Source: the human T2T-CHM13v2.0 reference genome, Homo sapiens
Length of the DNA stretch: 64,000 nucleotides
NCBI RefSeq assembly: GCF_009914755.1
Contig: NC_060948.1
Direction: 5' to 3' (one strand)
Shown: positions 59,555 through 64,000 of the stretch, piece by piece
Layout: each line of letters starts with the position of its first letter
Position numbering within the stretch: the stretch's first letter is position 1
Notes under the pieces: model-generated
What the model saw: the letters and a program-made list of their open reading frames with translations, nothing else
The model's database searches: none
Told to the model about the DNA's origin: nothing
Translations under genes and position numbers: made by a program

Positions 59555-61086
59555 GTATACATTATGTATATAATAATATACAGTATCATATATATAATAT
59601 ATATAACCGATGTATAATATTGTTTTACATCCTGCATCTTATGTTATATATATTGTATAAAATATAATAATTGATAATATATAATTTTTATATTTATACA
59701 ATATGACATATAGTATATATTATAATTTATGACATATATAATATATGTTATATATCATATATAGAATATATTATACGGTTAATATACGTATTAAATATAA
59801 ATTATACATTATATATATTATATATAATATATCTGTTATATATAATACCCATTATGCATAATATATATATTATGTCTATGTTATATATAGTATAAAACAA
59901 CAGATAATAATATATAATTGTATATATAAAATGCGACATATAATATATATTATATTTTATAACAAATGTAATATATATTATATATTATATATAATACGTT
60001 GTATGTATAATACCTATATTAAATATATATTATATGACTATGTTATTAATTACATGTCACATGTGTTATATATTATATATTTTACATAGAATATACCGGT
60101 TACATACAATATATACTATGTTACCTATAATGTATAATTTATTACATGTAAAATAAAGAATGCAATATATTATGTATAATTTATAATATACAATATGTGG
60201 AATGTGATATATATAACATATAATATATGATATATGATATACAGTATATGATATATAACATACAATATATGATTCCTAATATATATGGTATACAATATAT
60301 ATTTTATGACATGTATTCTATATGTTTTATATTCTGTTATATATAACTATTTGAAATTATATATAACTGTATAATATTTTATGTAAATATGTAATATAAT
60401 ATATATAACTATATAATATATTATAGATAACTATATATTATGTTATATATACTTTTATAACATAATTTACATAAAATATCATAATATAATATATATTATA
60501 TTATTTCATATTACATAATATATATTACATATCACCCAATATAACTAACATACATAATATTATAATATAGATTATATTATGTTATATTAAATATCATATA
60601 TATCATGTATCATATATTCTATAATATATATTACACATTATATAATATGTATGTTGTCTACTATGTGATATATATAACTCTATATATAATTATATTATTA
60701 TACATATAACTAGATAAACATGTAATTCTACATATTTTCATTTATAATATGTAGAATTATATAATGATATATAATTATTTATATTCTATAAAAAATTTTA
60801 TCATTCTATAAATTATAATATATAAAAATTATCATATGTACTACAAATATATATATTGTATATCATATATGATATAGTATCTTTGTTATATATCATAATA
60901 CATATAAATGTGTATTATGTTATCTATAATTATATAATTTCATATATAAGATGTATAATATGTATCATATATTATATATGTTATGTAATATATATAGTAT
61001 ATATAAGATGACACAGGATAAATATTATATACTATGACATATAAAATATATGAGGTTATATGTTACATATAAGGCATAGCACATAA

Positions 61087-61401
<315 letters not shown>

Positions 61402-61974
61402 AGATCCATATTTTTTAAATGAAAAAAAATTTCAAAGGTACTCTGCTTGGTACAATAATCAAATGTATAAACTGAGGAATAAAACATAACCATGAAACCT
61501 ACTTATAACTGCATATGGAAAATACAGAGGATAATTTTTTAAATAACATATTTTGAAAGCCTTAACTAGTAATTTGAAGAGCTGGCATTTGAAAGGCCAG
61601 TATGAATATACCTTCAAAGCAGCAACACAGGTTCCCCATGAGAAAAAGCAAACACAGGGAAAATAAAAACACAAAGGTTCAATCTCTTCTGACCTTTGAA
61701 AGACACAGCACAGACAGTGGTCCTTAGGACGAAGAGCAGGAGACCCCTAATTCCGTCACCATGGCGATAGGGCATAAACATTGCTGGGTGAGGGCACAAT
61801 CCACATTGTGAGGTCCAACTGCTGCCAGGAAGACAGGAGTGCTTTTACATAGACCGAAAGGTCATTGAAGGCTCAGAGTTTTGTTTCAAGAACTGAATCC
61901 CAAGCCCACACGTTATTAGGCTGCGCTTCTTAAAACAAGTTATGAGATGGGAAAAAGGGCACCCACAAACATAC
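61402..61974. repeat. HSATI-like segment, unit 26
   Basis: Copy of 978-1550. Confidence 0.78.
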
Positions 61975-63504
61975 GTATACATTATGTATATAATAATATA
62001 CAGTATCATATATATAATATATATAACCTATGTATAATATTGTTTTACATCCTGCATCTTGTTATATATATTGTATAAAATATAATAATTGATAATATAT
62101 AAGTTTTATATTTATACAATATGACATATAGTATATATTATAATTTATGACATATATAATATATGTTATATATCATATATAGAATATATTATACGGTTAA
62201 TATACGTATTAAATATAAATTATACATTATATATATTATATATAATATATCTGTTATATATAATACCCATTATGCATAATATATATATTATGTCTATGTT
62301 ATATATAGTATAAAACAACAGATAATAATATATAATTGTATATATAAAATGCGACATATAATATATATTATATTTTATAACATATGTAATATATATTATA
62401 TATTATATATAATACGTTGTATGTATAATACCTATATTAAATATATATTATATGACAATGTTATTAATTACATGTCACATGTGTTATATATTATATATTT
62501 TACATAGAATATACCGGTTACATACAATATATACTATGTTACCTATAATGTATAATTTATTACATGTAAAATAAAGAATGCAATATATTATGTATAATTT
62601 ATAATATACAATATGTGGAATGTGATATATATAACATATAATATATGATATATGATATACAGTATATCATATATAACATACAATATATGATTCCTAATAT
62701 ATATGGTATACAATATATATTTTATGACATGTATTCTATATGTTTTATATTCTGTTATATATAACTATTTGAAATTATATATAACTGTATAATATTTTAT
62801 GTAAATATGTAATATAATATATATAACTATATAATATATTATAGATAACTATATATTATGTTATATATACTTTTATAACATAATTTACATAAAATATCAT
62901 AATATAATATATATTATATTATTTCATATTACATAATATATATTACATATCACCCAATATAACTAACATACATAATATTATAATATAGATTATATTATGT
63001 TATATTAAATATCATATATATCATGTATCATATATTCTATAATATATATTACACATTATATAATATGTATGTTGTCTACTATGTGATATATATAACTCTA
63101 TATATAATTATATTATTATACATATAACTAGATAAACATGTAATTCTACATATTTTCATTTATAATATGTAGAATTATATAATCATATATAATTATTTAT
63201 ATTCTATAAAAAATTTTATCATTCTATAAATTATAATATATAAAAATTATCATATGTACTACAAATATATATATTGTATATCATATATGATATTGTATCT
63301 TTGTTATATATCATAATACATATAAATGTGTATTATGTTATCTATAATTATATAATTTCATATATAAGATGTATAATATGTATCATATATTATATATGTT
63401 ATGTAATATATATAGTATATATAAGATGACACAGGATAAATATTATATACTATGACATATAAAATATATGAGGTTATATGTTACATATAAGGCATAGCAC
63501 ATAA

Positions 63505-63803
<299 letters not shown>

Positions 63804-64000
63804 AGATCCATATTTTTTAAATGAAAAAAAATTTCAAAGGTACTCTGCTTGGTACAATAATCTAATGTATAAACTGAGGAATAAAACATAACCATGAAAC
63901 CTACTTATAACTGCATATGGAAAATACAGAGGATAATTTTTTAAATAACATATTTTGAAAGCCTTAACTAGTAATTTGAAGAGTTGGCATTTGAAAGGCC
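63804..64000. repeat. HSATI-like segment, unit 27 (truncated by window end)
   Basis: Copy of 978-1174. Confidence 0.75.

Overview
The whole 64 kb is one uninterrupted head-to-tail tandem array of a ~2,420-bp unit: 26 complete units, plus a partial AT-rich block at the start and a partial unit at the end. Each unit has three parts: an old, diverged Alu on the minus strand (~290 bp), a ~570-bp segment of moderate GC content consistent with HSATI, and ~1.55 kb of extremely AT-rich low-complexity sequence. This architecture, the period, and the HaeIII map (four clustered GGCC sites leaving a ~2,146-bp fragment) match the known human satellite DYZ2/HSat1B, most likely Yq12 heterochromatin. I see no credible protein-coding or RNA gene, and no evidence of a new gene system; the short ORFs are simply copied with the repeat. 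The information worth following is in the unit-to-unit variants. These include a polymorphic 16-bp indel inside the Alu, two haplotype domains that switch at ~14.5-20 kb, a 2-unit duplication, an incipient A-B-C-D higher-order repeat, chimeric units, and an apparent excess of CpG-creating minor alleles. All comparisons were made by eye and need confirmation by alignment. Unit n is numbered from its Alu (unit 1 Alu at 686).
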